From a virus: 64,000 nucleotides of DNA. Shown piece after piece: positions 19,534 to 29,448 of this stretch. Position 1 is the stretch's first letter. Each line of letters opens with the position of its first letter. Made by a program: the position numbers and the translations under genes. The DNA lies in the IMG/VR virus record IMGVR_UViG_3300002460_000003, positions 24,042 through 88,041 of that record. One strand, given 5' to 3'. Under the pieces are notes generated by a model. It was not told the origin of the DNA and did no database searches. It was given only the letters and a program-made list of their open reading frames with translations.

Positions 19534-20997
19534 ATGGCATTTGGCATAACTCCAGAAGGATTCGTCCTCAAACGCTTACAAGATATTCTAACAGAGCAAA
19601 GGGTGAAAGCAAGAGAGTTGTTTGGTGATCTGGTAGCCCCCGGCGATGTAGTGGACGTATCAGACAGCTCTGTACTTGGTCGTCTAATCAATATGGATGC
19701 CTTTGGTGATGCTGACCTTTGGGAAGTAGCCCAACAGTCCTACAGCGCTCTTGATCCTAATTCAGCCACTGGTATTGCTCTAGATAACATTGTTCAATAT
19801 GGCGGCATTAGTCGTCAAGGTGCTTCAGCTACAACAGCCATTGGTTTGTTTGCTGGTAGTAATGGTACTCTGATTCCAGCAGGTAATACAGTAGCAGCTC
19901 CAGTTACAGGTACTCAATTCACTGTAACGGACAGCGTTGCATTATCTCCATCGTTGGCTGCTGGTATCACCGTTGCTGTTCTGACTGTAACCGATAGTGT
20001 TAACTATACAATCAACTATACTGTCAGCACTACAACAACAAACACAGTTACCTACAACTCAGGTGTTGGTGCTACAACAGCCAACATCCTAGCTGGTTTA
20101 CAAGCTGAGATAACATCTTCACATCCTTTGCTAATTGCTACAGTTGTAGGAACTACTCTTGTTGTAGACAGAGTTGATGTATTTCAAGCAAGTACGTTCT
20201 CTACTGGTACTCGTTTAAACATTACTAAAGTGAAGAAGATTGGTAGTCTACAGGCAACCGCTGATGGTCCTCTAGAGCAAGAAGCTAACACAATCACGCA
20301 GATTATTACTCCTGTCCTTGGTTGGGATAGTGTTACAAACCCACTTGAAGCATCTGCCGGTACTCTTAAGGAAACTGATGAAGAGCTTCGCATTAGGTTT
20401 CGTAATACTAAACTAGAACGTTCAAGTAACATCCTAGACAGTCTGTACTCAGCACTACTTAATCTTACAGGTGTTGATGAAGTAGCTATCTACGAGAATG
20501 ACACTGACATCACAGACTCTAATGGTGTCCTTCCTCATAGTTTCCTTCCTATTGTACTTGGTGGTAGCTCTCAGTTAATTGCTGACACTATCTGGGAAAA
20601 TAAACCAATGGGCATTAGAAGTCAAGGTAACACAGTAATTAGTGTTACTGATACCCAAGGCTTCCCACATGACATTGGTTTTGAAAGACCAAACCCTGTG
20701 ACAATCTACATGATTATCAATTTAAGCTTGAACCCTGAAGACCCAACTACCTTCCCCGGTGATGGTGTAGCCCAGATTCAAAGTAATATTCAGTCTTATG
20801 CCGGTGACAATCTTGGTGTTGGTAGAGACGTTATTTTCTCTCGGCTATTTACTCCTGTTAACGAAGTTCCGGGACATCAGGTAGACAGTATGTTTATTGG
20901 TACATCCCCAGCGCCTGCAACTACTGCCAATATAATCGTTCCGTTCAATGGTATTGCCAGCTTTGAAACTGTAAATCTTATAATTAATGTGGCATAA
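19534..20997 (+). CDS. baseplate J-like protein
   Basis: MAFGITPEGF, ATGIALD, ETDEELRIR and YENDT motifs. Confidence 0.88.
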   Translation: MAFGITPEGFVLKRLQDILTEQRVKARELFGDLVAPGDVVDVSDSSVLGRLINMDAFGDADLWEVAQQSYSALDPNSATGIALDNIVQYGGISRQGASATTAIGLFAGSNGTLIPAGNTVAAPVTGTQFTVTDSVALSPSLAAGITVAVLTVTDSVNYTINYTVSTTTTNTVTYNSGVGATTANILAGLQAEITSSHPLLIATVVGTTLVVDRVDVFQASTFSTGTRLNITKVKKIGSLQATADGPLEQEANTITQIITPVLGWDSVTNPLEASAGTLKETDEELRIRFRNTKLERSSNILDSLYSALLNLTGVDEVAIYENDTDITDSNGVLPHSFLPIVLGGSSQLIADTIWENKPMGIRSQGNTVISVTDTQGFPHDIGFERPNPVTIYMIINLSLNPEDPTTFPGDGVAQIQSNIQSYAGDNLGVGRDVIFSRLFTPVNEVPGHQVDSMFIGTSPAPATTANIIVPFNGIASFETVNLIINVA

Positions 20998-21006
20998 GGA
21001 GTAGAC

Positions 21007-21798
21007 ATGATTATTCCTTTTGATTCGGAGGATTATCTAGAGACAGCAAGAAGCCAAATCACTGAACAGTTCAAGGATAAAGATATCCTAGACCGTTACC
21101 TACAACTAATCATTGACCAACAATATACAATCCAAGAGGTATTCAAAGACTTACTTCAGAAAAGAAGTATTGATGAAGCTACTGGGGCAACACTAGATAT
21201 TATTGGGGAGATTGTTGGTCAACCAAGAGAACTAATCTCTGCTGATCTATTTGACTTCTTTGGTTTCCAAGGTGCGTTGAAAGCTGGTGGCTACGGGGAT
21301 TTTGGTAATCCGGCAGTTGGTAGTAGATGGTATGACTTTGGACAACCTCTTGGTGGCAACATTCTCCTTGATGATGAAACATATCGTCTGTTCATCAAAG
21401 CTAAGATTCTAAAGAATAATACAGCATCTACTCCTGAAGAATTTATTGCTTTCATTAACTTCTTGTTTGGTACAGCTACTACAGCGTATCTTGCAGAAGG
21501 CGAAGCAGAGTATACCATTCTATTTGGCAGAGAGCTTACAGCTTTCGAGCAGGTGTTGTTGAACTATACATCATCTAGTGCAGGGTATCCATCAAGACTT
21601 ATTCCAAAAACTGTTGGTGTTAGGGTTAATTTTGGTTACTTCCTAGCCGATGATTACTTTGGTTTCCAAGGTGCTCCAGGTGCTAAAGGTTATGGTGATT
21701 TGACAGGAACATATGGCTATGGACTTGGATATGGACTTGGTTACGGTGATTCAGATTTTGCAATTATAGGTGGCGGAACATACGCTACCTTATTTTAA
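21007..21798 (+). CDS. baseplate wedge protein (DUF2612-like)
   Basis: ATGATLDIIGEIVG and LDDETYRLFIKAKI motifs; two FGFQGA..A.GYGD repeats. Confidence 0.8.
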   Translation: MIIPFDSEDYLETARSQITEQFKDKDILDRYLQLIIDQQYTIQEVFKDLLQKRSIDEATGATLDIIGEIVGQPRELISADLFDFFGFQGALKAGGYGDFGNPAVGSRWYDFGQPLGGNILLDDETYRLFIKAKILKNNTASTPEEFIAFINFLFGTATTAYLAEGEAEYTILFGRELTAFEQVLLNYTSSSAGYPSRLIPKTVGVRVNFGYFLADDYFGFQGAPGAKGYGDLTGTYGYGLGYGLGYGDSDFAIIGGGTYATLF

Positions 21799-21813
21799 CT
21801 TTGAGGATAAATA

Positions 21814-22668
21814 ATGGCTTTTAATTCAAAACCATCTGGCATGAATATCGTTTGGGCATCTGCCGGTGATATCCTTGATCCGGGTGATACAAAATATCAA
21901 ACTGGTTGGGGGGTTGAAATTCCACCACGCCAATGGGAAAACTACTCCCAGAATAAACAAGATGGCTTCATGGCTCATGCCAACCAACTCGGTATGGTAG
22001 ATTGGGATGCTGAGACTGAATATCAAGCAAATAAAAGCTATGTACAAGGCACAACTAATGGTACTGTCTACCGTTGTATTCTTACTCATACCAACCAAGA
22101 CCCAGAGCTGGATGTAACTAATACTTATTGGATTATTGCATTCGCTTCGGCTGGTGATTTCTACACTAAGACTGAGACAGATAGTCTTTATTTAGCTAAA
22201 GCTCAGAATCTTGCAGACCTTACAAACACAGCGACTGCTCGGACTAATCTAAGTGTATACTCTCAAGCACAGACTTATACCCAAGCAGAAGTTGATGCTA
22301 AAACAACTGTAGCATCAACAGCACAAGCACAATCATTTGTATCAAATACCACGTTAATTACACCACTAAGACTAAAAGAAGCTTTTCAAGGGTTAAATCA
22401 GAGTATTTCTACTAACGGCTTCCAAAAACTTCCGAATGGATTGATAATTCAATGGGGTGCCCATGTTACAGGAACAGCCCTCACAGAACAAACTGTAAGT
22501 TTTCCTTTAACCTTCCCAACATCAGTATTTTCTGTTGTATTTACAGGAGCATCCTCTGCTGCATCCTCTGCTGCTGTTTGGAGAACTGCTGTACCAACAA
22601 CTTCCGGTTTTAAATATTCAGCGGAGGTTGGGGGGAACACTGTTTTATATATGACCATAGGAATTTAA
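21814..22668 (+). CDS. tail fibre protein
   Basis: KYQTGW and ARTNL motifs; C-terminal GFQKLPNGLIIQWG...FPLTFPT (gp53-like) domain. Confidence 0.85.
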   Translation: MAFNSKPSGMNIVWASAGDILDPGDTKYQTGWGVEIPPRQWENYSQNKQDGFMAHANQLGMVDWDAETEYQANKSYVQGTTNGTVYRCILTHTNQDPELDVTNTYWIIAFASAGDFYTKTETDSLYLAKAQNLADLTNTATARTNLSVYSQAQTYTQAEVDAKTTVASTAQAQSFVSNTTLITPLRLKEAFQGLNQSISTNGFQKLPNGLIIQWGAHVTGTALTEQTVSFPLTFPTSVFSVVFTGASSAASSAAVWRTAVPTTSGFKYSAEVGGNTVLYMTIGI

Positions 22669-22669
22669 T

Positions 22670-23056
22670 ATGCAATATTTTTTCAGTCAAAGTACAAACG
22701 GTTTTTACATCAAACCGTTTAATGAACAAATTCCGAAGGACGCCATTGAATTGTCTAAACTAGAGTATGAGGATGTCCTAGTAAAGCAAGGCAAAGGTTA
22801 TAAACTATCTACAAAAAATGGTAGCTTAGTCACAGAACAATATGACCAATCTGAGAATTACCAAGCCTTAGAGCGTAAATGGAGGAATTCGGAGCTTACC
22901 TATTGCGATATAGAGATATATAAACTACAAGATTCTGATTCTACTGCTAGAAGTTCTATAACAGAGTGGAGAACATATAGAAAACTACTAAGGCGGTGGC
23001 CTGAACACCCCAACTTTCCGGACACCAATTTCCGGCCAACACCACCAGACGCGTAA
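22670..23056 (+). CDS. tail fibre assembly chaperone
   Basis: YFFSQSTNGFY, ERKWRNSEL and YR..LR.WP....FP....RP motifs. Confidence 0.8.
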   Translation: MQYFFSQSTNGFYIKPFNEQIPKDAIELSKLEYEDVLVKQGKGYKLSTKNGSLVTEQYDQSENYQALERKWRNSELTYCDIEIYKLQDSDSTARSSITEWRTYRKLLRRWPEHPNFPDTNFRPTPPDA

Positions 23057-23066
23057 GGAGTTTTAA

Positions 23067-25481
23067 ATGTCACAACAACAATCCCCTTGGGTTGAGGGGG
23101 CATATGGTTGGAGTTTTGGAGAATCTGGCTGGAACCCTGGTATGGATCAGAACTTACTTAAGTTCTCTTTTCTTTTTGATCGTAATGTGGATAGTATTGT
23201 TGCATCCCTCCCTCCTGCTGTAAATGGGCAAGCACATTACAACACAGTAGATAACCGCCTATATTTTGCAGTAGGTACTACTTATTATAGTTGCCCTGTC
23301 CCTAAATGGTTTTCAGTTATTGTTAAGCCTAGTGGAGATGTCTGGCAATTTAATGGGGTAAATCTTGTACAAATAGATAGCCCATCAGACTTAGATATTA
23401 GATTAGATTCACTAGAATTAACAGCTTCCCAGCTTGGTACAGCAGCTTTTGAAGATGTTGCCTTTTTTGCTTCACAATCAGCACTAGATGTTGTAGAAGC
23501 TAACAGCCAAGCATATACTGATGTCTTGCGGACAGATTTAGCTGATAGTGTTGACCAGACAAAAGGTGCATCTCTCGTAGGTTTTGATCCTGCATTGATA
23601 TACCCAACAACTACTGTTGGGGGGTACTTGAATTACACTCCAAGTTTAAATCCAATCATTGTATATGATTGGGATGATTCTACTGGAACAGATAATTCTA
23701 CAGCATTACAGGCATATGTTGATTCTACATATGTATCCCCAACAGTAGTTGGGCGTGGCCGCATTGATCTGCTTAACGGCAGGGCTGCTGCTATCAGCTC
23801 AACTATCCAGATCCTTCAAAAAACCCTTGATCTGTCCGGCAGTGAAGGACTGCTTAAATGGACTGGGACAGCAGGTCTGCCGATGGTCCGGGTGGTCGAT
23901 TCTTCACGATGCCGTATCTCCGACATGATCCTGCTTGGAGATATCACTAACACCCCAAGCGCTGCGATCTATTTCGAAGCAGAGGCCCCACTTGCAACTT
24001 TAGGAACAAACGAAAACCACGTCGTCGAGCGGGTCATAATCGGCCGCAGATGGCTGACGGATACCACCACGGGTGGCAGCACGGACGCCACGCCAGCAGG
24101 AAAAATCACGAATGGCATCGTGATCGGAGGTGCGATTGACGGAAACAATGACGAGTACACAATTCGCAATTGTCAAATCCATTCCGCAGTTGATGCGGGT
24201 ATAGACTTCAAAAACTCTCAGTCAATCTGGTCAATGATTGATGGCGTTCTGACGAACGACTGCAATGTGGGAGTCCGTGTAGGCTGTAACATGAACGCCA
24301 CGCACCTTACCTTCAACCGGAACAAAGTTGCCGATCTAGAAGGGATCAGAAATACAGAAATGTGGATCAATGGTTTTGAATCTGAGAATGCAAAACTAGC
24401 AATATGGTCAAAGGGTGGGGCCAGCTTCTTTGTGCGCGGCGGCAAAATACTTATTAATCAGGCGACTCCCGGTAATTTCACTAGGACGGAAAACGGCGGA
24501 GTACTTTCGCTAAATGACATGCTGATAGTAAGCAGCGGGGCTGGGGCGCAAACATTTTATTTCCGTGCTGCATCCGTCAAGACTGGGGCGTTTCGGCTGC
24601 GCGGGTGTACTATCACTAATGGTAGCCAGCGCGATACATACGATATCGATACTGGAATCATAAGCTCGCAACAACATGAAATTGATATCGAGCACGGGGA
24701 GTTCATCTTTAAGACCCGCGCACCATATCTTGACCGGGCTGTTACCCCCGCGTCTGCCGCTGACGGTAGTTCTGCGTTGATTGGGTCGGGATCTGCAAAA
24801 ACACCGCTAACAAGTTTTTTCCAAGTCGCATATCAGACGGCTATCGGAAACCAGCACTTGACGGTGGCAACCGATGCTGCGACCCAGGTTCGTGCTAGGG
24901 TTTCGAATGTAAGTGGCGGGGCGTTACAGCTGGCTCCTGGGCGCATTCGCTGGATGGCAATGGATGACCATGTACAGTCTATCGGCAGCTTGGCAATTGA
25001 TGTCCCCTTGCTGGCTGCTGGAGCCGGTCAAACGGTAAACATACCGGTTGCAGGTGCACAAATTGGTGATTTCACACTTCACACAACAGATGTGTCGTAT
25101 ACAGGCCCCACTATTACCAGCTACGTGTCAGCGCCCGGGGTTGTATCCCTGCGGGTACAAAACCAATCTGGCGGACCTAGTGATCCGGCATCAGCAGTAT
25201 TAAGCGCTGCGGTTATCAGGCCATCTGGTAACTTTATGGGCGGATTGATAGACCCCGGTATTGTAGAAATGGCCGCAGGCTCTACTACGACACGATCCGT
25301 TACAGTAACGGGCGCACAACTCGGAGCGCATGCTCTAGTCGCATACACCGCAGATATTTTAGGGGTGACGATGACTGCTCATGTATCCGCAGCAAATACT
25401 GTAACGGTTGTTATTTCAAATCTAACGGCAGCGCCAGTGAATTTTCCGGCAGGTGGATTTAAAGTCATGGTTATGTTTTGA
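23067..25481 (+). CDS. tail spike / receptor-binding protein, probable beta-helix depolymerase
   Basis: 804 aa; N-terminal YGWSFGESGW anchor, KGASLVG neck, TDNSTALQ beta-helix cap, repeated C-terminal beta domains. Confidence 0.75.
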   Translation: MSQQQSPWVEGAYGWSFGESGWNPGMDQNLLKFSFLFDRNVDSIVASLPPAVNGQAHYNTVDNRLYFAVGTTYYSCPVPKWFSVIVKPSGDVWQFNGVNLVQIDSPSDLDIRLDSLELTASQLGTAAFEDVAFFASQSALDVVEANSQAYTDVLRTDLADSVDQTKGASLVGFDPALIYPTTTVGGYLNYTPSLNPIIVYDWDDSTGTDNSTALQAYVDSTYVSPTVVGRGRIDLLNGRAAAISSTIQILQKTLDLSGSEGLLKWTGTAGLPMVRVVDSSRCRISDMILLGDITNTPSAAIYFEAEAPLATLGTNENHVVERVIIGRRWLTDTTTGGSTDATPAGKITNGIVIGGAIDGNNDEYTIRNCQIHSAVDAGIDFKNSQSIWSMIDGVLTNDCNVGVRVGCNMNATHLTFNRNKVADLEGIRNTEMWINGFESENAKLAIWSKGGASFFVRGGKILINQATPGNFTRTENGGVLSLNDMLIVSSGAGAQTFYFRAASVKTGAFRLRGCTITNGSQRDTYDIDTGIISSQQHEIDIEHGEFIFKTRAPYLDRAVTPASAADGSSALIGSGSAKTPLTSFFQVAYQTAIGNQHLTVATDAATQVRARVSNVSGGALQLAPGRIRWMAMDDHVQSIGSLAIDVPLLAAGAGQTVNIPVAGAQIGDFTLHTTDVSYTGPTITSYVSAPGVVSLRVQNQSGGPSDPASAVLSAAVIRPSGNFMGGLIDPGIVEMAAGSTTTRSVTVTGAQLGAHALVAYTADILGVTMTAHVSAANTVTVVISNLTAAPVNFPAGGFKVMVMF

Positions 25482-25491
25482 GAATAAATAG

Positions 25492-26064
25492 ATGAGTCCA
25501 ACCTTAAAACAAAAACTCATTGTTTCATTTATTGCTCTGGGGCTTAGTGCCCCAGCAGCATTCTTTGTTTACGATGTCACAATCCCCTCTGAAGGATTAT
25601 ACACTAGCGTGTATTTAGACCCAGTTCAACTCCCCACTGTTTGTGTTGGGAGGCTGGATAGGAAGTTGAAGCTTGGGCAAACATTTACTCTTGATGAATG
25701 TATGGAAATGTTAGCTCAAGATTGGAAAAAACACCAAGCTCAATTAGATAGGGTTGTCAAAGTACCTTACAAATCAGAGTGGCAACAACAAGCTCTTACT
25801 GATTTCACATTCAACCTTGGGATTGGTAATGTCCAGTCTTCAACACTTCTCAAGCTGCTGAATCAAGGGAAGCATGTTGAGGCCTGTAAACAACTTACAC
25901 GTTGGATTAAAGCAGGTGGTAAAACATTAGCTGGTCTTGTCAAACGTAGAAATAAAGAGATGCCATTTTGCATGGGCGAGTTGAGTTGGGATAAACAGCA
26001 ATCCTACAAAGAGTTTAAGAGAGAGTACGATGAAATTAATACCAAACAAAAAGAAGGTTCTTAA
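25492..26064 (+). CDS. endolysin, GH24 lysozyme with probable SAR anchor
   Basis: E-x8-D-x5-T triad (EGLYTSVYLDPVQLPT), FNLG and GLVKRR motifs; weakly hydrophobic N-terminal helix. Confidence 0.88.
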   Translation: MSPTLKQKLIVSFIALGLSAPAAFFVYDVTIPSEGLYTSVYLDPVQLPTVCVGRLDRKLKLGQTFTLDECMEMLAQDWKKHQAQLDRVVKVPYKSEWQQQALTDFTFNLGIGNVQSSTLLKLLNQGKHVEACKQLTRWIKAGGKTLAGLVKRRNKEMPFCMGELSWDKQQSYKEFKREYDEINTKQKEGS

Positions 26065-26272
26065 GTCTTATTCTTTCTTGAGTATGGCTGCTAATTTCCT
26101 AATTGCTTTATCCATCTCAGGTCTGTCTGTATTGGGAGTGTTATCAAGTGAGATTGCCCTTCCTCTCCTTTGTTGTCTTGCTATTGCCTTTGGTATGGCT
26201 GGGCTTGCTGGTCGTTTTGTGGATCAGAATATTGATGATGGCTTACTCGGGGATGAAAAAGATGTTCAGTAG
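26030..26272 (+). CDS. holin
   Basis: 80 aa, two hydrophobic segments, charged C-terminus, within the lysis cassette. Confidence 0.7.
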   Translation: MKLIPNKKKVLKSYSFLSMAANFLIALSISGLSVLGVLSSEIALPLLCCLAIAFGMAGLAGRFVDQNIDDGLLGDEKDVQ

Positions 26273-26690
26273 TCTGACAGTCAAACCCCTCATCATAACT
26301 CTCTTAGCTTCCATAGCCTTAAATGGACTTATGTTGATGGTTTCTAAGCATTATTATGACGCTAGGGCCGAAGCAGTATATAGCCTCAAAGAAGCAGAGA
26401 AAACGATTCTAGAGCAGCTAAAGGCTAAGGAATTAGCCGATAAAGCTTGTGTTATAGCTGACAGTGTAGCCACATCTTTTCAGATTGAGAATAATCAGTC
26501 TGTAGAAGAAAGGGATAAGGAATTATCCTCCATACAAAGTATCCCAAGCACTCCTAAGAAAGTTGAGGTAACAGTTGATGATGTTAAAAGCAATGTTGCT
26601 GACGTTGATGATAGGCTGCCTAGTAGCATTATCAGCGTGCTCTCCTCAACAGATAATCGTGTACAGAGACAAACCAATCCTAACCCCTGA
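26262..26690 (+). CDS. i-spanin (Rz-like)
   Basis: N-terminal transmembrane helix followed by coiled-coil; overlaps o-spanin. Confidence 0.75.
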   Translation: MFSSLTVKPLIITLLASIALNGLMLMVSKHYYDARAEAVYSLKEAEKTILEQLKAKELADKACVIADSVATSFQIENNQSVEERDKELSSIQSIPSTPKKVEVTVDDVKSNVADVDDRLPSSIISVLSSTDNRVQRQTNPNP

Positions 26691-26871
26691 CAGCTTGCTT
26701 GTAGACCCTTGTGGACTAGCTACAGCAGGTGACACTGTTCGGAGTTTAGCTAGTGGATACATCTACAACACAAGCTGCCTTTCCCAATATAAACTTCTCC
26801 TTGAAAAACAGAGGGAGCATAAAAGAAAAGTAGTGGAGCTTTATAAGAATGACAACACAGACAGCAAATAG
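26578..26871 (+). CDS. o-spanin lipoprotein (Rz1-like)
   Basis: Lipobox LSAC, Pro-containing mature part, overlaps i-spanin in another frame, GAGGT RBS. Confidence 0.8.
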   Translation: MMLKAMLLTLMIGCLVALSACSPQQIIVYRDKPILTPDSLLVDPCGLATAGDTVRSLASGYIYNTSCLSQYKLLLEKQREHKRKVVELYKNDNTDSK

Positions 26872-27136
26872 TCGGTTAAATACCTACTGGGAAAAGTTTG
26901 GGTTATGGGCTTGTGGAGTTATTATTGCTCTTCTATGCCTTGCCTATAATGACCAGAAGGCTCAGATTGAAAAGATGGAAGAGAAAGTTCAATTCCTCTA
27001 CATCGACAAGGTGAACAAGTCTGATCTTAAAGACACTGAAGCTAGGATTATGAATCGGATTGAAGGGATGCAAACAGATATCCTGGCTCGTATGGATATT
27101 CTCTTTAATAAGATTGATAGCTCACCAAGACGATAA
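26849..27136 (+). CDS. membrane-anchored hypothetical protein
   Basis: One transmembrane segment plus coiled-coil. Confidence 0.65.
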   Translation: MTTQTANSRLNTYWEKFGLWACGVIIALLCLAYNDQKAQIEKMEEKVQFLYIDKVNKSDLKDTEARIMNRIEGMQTDILARMDILFNKIDSSPRR

Positions 27137-27186
27137 AATTAATAAAGGCCGGCGATGGCTACAGTTTTTAGCACAAGGAATGCAGT

Positions 27187-27552
27187 ATGCTAAGAAATAT
27201 CGTAGACCTTACATTTCTGTTACTGGCTGTTCTATTGATTACAATCTTATTGAGAGATATGAAAGTTTCAGACAATAATAATAACACTCAGTTGAACATA
27301 GAAGCTCTACGTCTTGAAGTAACCAAAGTCATGTCTACTAATATTCAATATATGGAAGGTAGAATTAATAAGCTTGGTGAAACACAAGACACATACCAAG
27401 TTAGTACAACTCATAAGGTTAACCTTCTAGAACAGAAAGTTGAGAAGTTAGAAAAAGATAATAAAAACACTAATAGAATTATAAACACTATCACCAATAA
27501 CAATACTAATATTGTGAACAGTGAAGATAGAAAATCTAATAACAATAAATAA
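27187..27552 (+). CDS. membrane-anchored hypothetical protein
   Basis: N-terminal transmembrane segment, coiled-coil, Asn-rich tail; AAGGA RBS. Confidence 0.65.
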   Translation: MLRNIVDLTFLLLAVLLITILLRDMKVSDNNNNTQLNIEALRLEVTKVMSTNIQYMEGRINKLGETQDTYQVSTTHKVNLLEQKVEKLEKDNKNTNRIINTITNNNTNIVNSEDRKSNNNK

Positions 27553-27586
27553 TAAAAGGTGCGCCAACACCTAGCCTCAGAATATT

Positions 27587-27615
27587 GCCCCCTTCCTCAC
27601 GGTTGGGGGCTTTTT
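27587..27615 (+). terminator. terminator between convergent late and replication modules
   Basis: GCCCCC...GGGGGC followed by TTTTT. Confidence 0.8.
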
Positions 27616-27616
27616 G

Positions 27617-27871
27617 TTATTTGAAACTAATATAATCTGCCGGAGCTTGAAAGTACGTTAATATTTCATTATCTGAAACTAGTGGGTCAAATTTAACCTC
27701 CATCTCACGAAGAAATTCCATCACTTTCCACTCAACAGTCCCATGAACTACATCACTACTGACATTATTAAATACTACTGAAATTACATCTCCCAACATA
27801 TCTACTTCCTCCTGAGACTCAAGAGTAATAACAACTGGTTGGAATTCCTGTTTCTTTGTTTCAATTTTCAT
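27617..27871 (-). CDS. hypothetical protein
   Basis: AAGGAG RBS, 84 aa, FQPVVITLESQEE. Confidence 0.7.
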   Translation of the reverse strand: MKIETKKQEFQPVVITLESQEEVDMLGDVISVVFNNVSSDVVHGTVEWKVMEFLREMEVKFDPLVSDNEILTYFQAPADYISFK

Positions 27872-27881
27872 TTTATTCTCC

Positions 27882-28823
27882 TTAATTATCCAAATGTTTT
27901 AGAAACTCTACACGTACTGTCTTACCAACTTCATTGGACAAGAGCTTATTGAATTGCTTCCAATTATCTTCTGCTTCCACTTTAGGTTCACGTTCAGTTT
28001 CCTTTGTAAAGTCTTCCAAGATATCTTGTACAGTAAGACCAAGAATCTTACCGAAGTCTTTGTTAGTCACTTGACCAAACTTACTGACTACATTGCACAC
28101 TCGTTGTTCTGTATTATACTCAAGGATACTGTTCAACAAGTCTGACAAGTCCTCAGACAATTCAAACACTTCATTCTTTGGTTTAGACTTCTTCTCACTA
28201 AAGCTTTCAGTCTTATTCTTGAAGTAAATACGATTACCGTTATCAAGCCAAGCTGGTTCTACAGGTTCAATTACCAATCCCTCAGACGTGTTATCTTCTT
28301 CATAACCTTCTGGTGTTAGCAGAGACTTAAACGTGTTTGGTAGAGCTAGACCCTCAGCGAAAGTGCCAGATGAGATGAACGGGACATTAGGAATTCCGAT
28401 ACCTTCACACATAGACCTCTGTTTAAGTTTGTTCTGTACCAAACCATTAAGTCTCATATCAAAGGCACGGAAGTCTTTTTCACCATACTCAACTTCTTTT
28501 TGGATGTTGCCGCCAAACAATTCACCATAAATAACTAGGGTCAGGTCTGTCCAATCTTCTGTTTTCGACAGTACTTCCCATAAAGACATAACCTTATCTT
28601 GATACTTATTAATTACAGCCTGACAGTTGAAGAACGTACCGTCAACAAACTGAGTACGACTAGCAACCTTCACTTCCGTACCATCACACCAAAAGCTAAA
28701 GTTAGCTCCGTGTAGTTTCTCAGTGGCAATCCACAGGCCGCCATCTTTCCCTTCATACTGAACCTTGTCAATCAGATTCTGACGATAAGTGTTTTCCAAG
28801 CTACTGAACTTCTGGAATTCCAT
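27882..28823 (-). CDS. RNA ligase, Rnl2 family
   Basis: EKLHGANF (motif I), YGELFG, FRAFD, EGLVI and FKNK; start MEFQKF after GAGGAG. Confidence 0.9.
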   Translation of the reverse strand: MEFQKFSSLENTYRQNLIDKVQYEGKDGGLWIATEKLHGANFSFWCDGTEVKVASRTQFVDGTFFNCQAVINKYQDKVMSLWEVLSKTEDWTDLTLVIYGELFGGNIQKEVEYGEKDFRAFDMRLNGLVQNKLKQRSMCEGIGIPNVPFISSGTFAEGLALPNTFKSLLTPEGYEEDNTSEGLVIEPVEPAWLDNGNRIYFKNKTESFSEKKSKPKNEVFELSEDLSDLLNSILEYNTEQRVCNVVSKFGQVTNKDFGKILGLTVQDILEDFTKETEREPKVEAEDNWKQFNKLLSNEVGKTVRVEFLKHLDN

Positions 28824-28834
28824 TCTCTTTCTCC

Positions 28835-29068
28835 TCAATGAATTGTCTGTTGTGTAAATTCTGGTAAATCTTCTTTCCCATCAGCATCCATAAACTGTAA
28901 TTCACATACGTGATAGCTGATATAGGAATACATATTTGTGTGGTTAAGGTATTTCAGTTTAGCTTCCATTGCCTCCTTAGTGATGTAGTAACCACAATGG
29001 AATGTTCGTACATCATCAGGGTCTTCTTCGTATAGCTCATAGATGTGGTAGATTGTTGGGATAATCAT
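28835..29068 (-). CDS. hypothetical protein
   Basis: 77-aa ORF coupled to upstream gene. Confidence 0.55.
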   Translation of the reverse strand: MIIPTIYHIYELYEEDPDDVRTFHCGYYITKEAMEAKLKYLNHTNMYSYISYHVCELQFMDADGKEDLPEFTQQTIH

Positions 29069-29379
29069 TTATTATCCTCCGATAAAGCTCCAAAGTCAAT
29101 TATTGTATCCCAGTGTTTACCCCTCCGAATTTCGGATGCTCTATTATAATAATCACTTGCTAGCTTACTGAATTCAGATGAACAGAGTACAAGACGACTA
29201 ACTTCACGTTCAATGTAGTCTGGTAGCTTAACATACGGATACCTGCCTTCTAAATAGTCTTTGTATTTATCTTGTGTATCCGAATATTTATAGTTACCGC
29301 CATATCCAATAGCCAACTCGTACTGTTCAAAATATTCCTCTTGTCTGAACAACTCCTCGAACTCTTCTTTTGTCTTCAT
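29065..29379 (-). CDS. hypothetical protein
   Basis: Start MKTKEEF after GGAGG. Confidence 0.6.
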   Translation of the reverse strand: MKTKEEFEELFRQEEYFEQYELAIGYGGNYKYSDTQDKYKDYLEGRYPYVKLPDYIEREVSRLVLCSSEFSKLASDYYNRASEIRRGKHWDTIIDFGALSEDNK

Positions 29380-29397
29380 AATATTTATCCTCCAGTA

Positions 29398-29433
29398 AAT
29401 AAAAACTCCACGACCCGTTAAGATCATGGAGTT
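29398..29433 (-). terminator. terminator after nrdAB-glutaredoxin
   Basis: AACTCCA...TGGAGTT stem with T-run on the minus strand. Confidence 0.55.
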
Positions 29434-29448
29434 AATGTTAAGCTAGAT

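Noticed and set aside
21714-21747. YGYGLGYGLGYG low-complexity repeat
   Set aside because: Ordinary Gly/aromatic tail of this baseplate protein family
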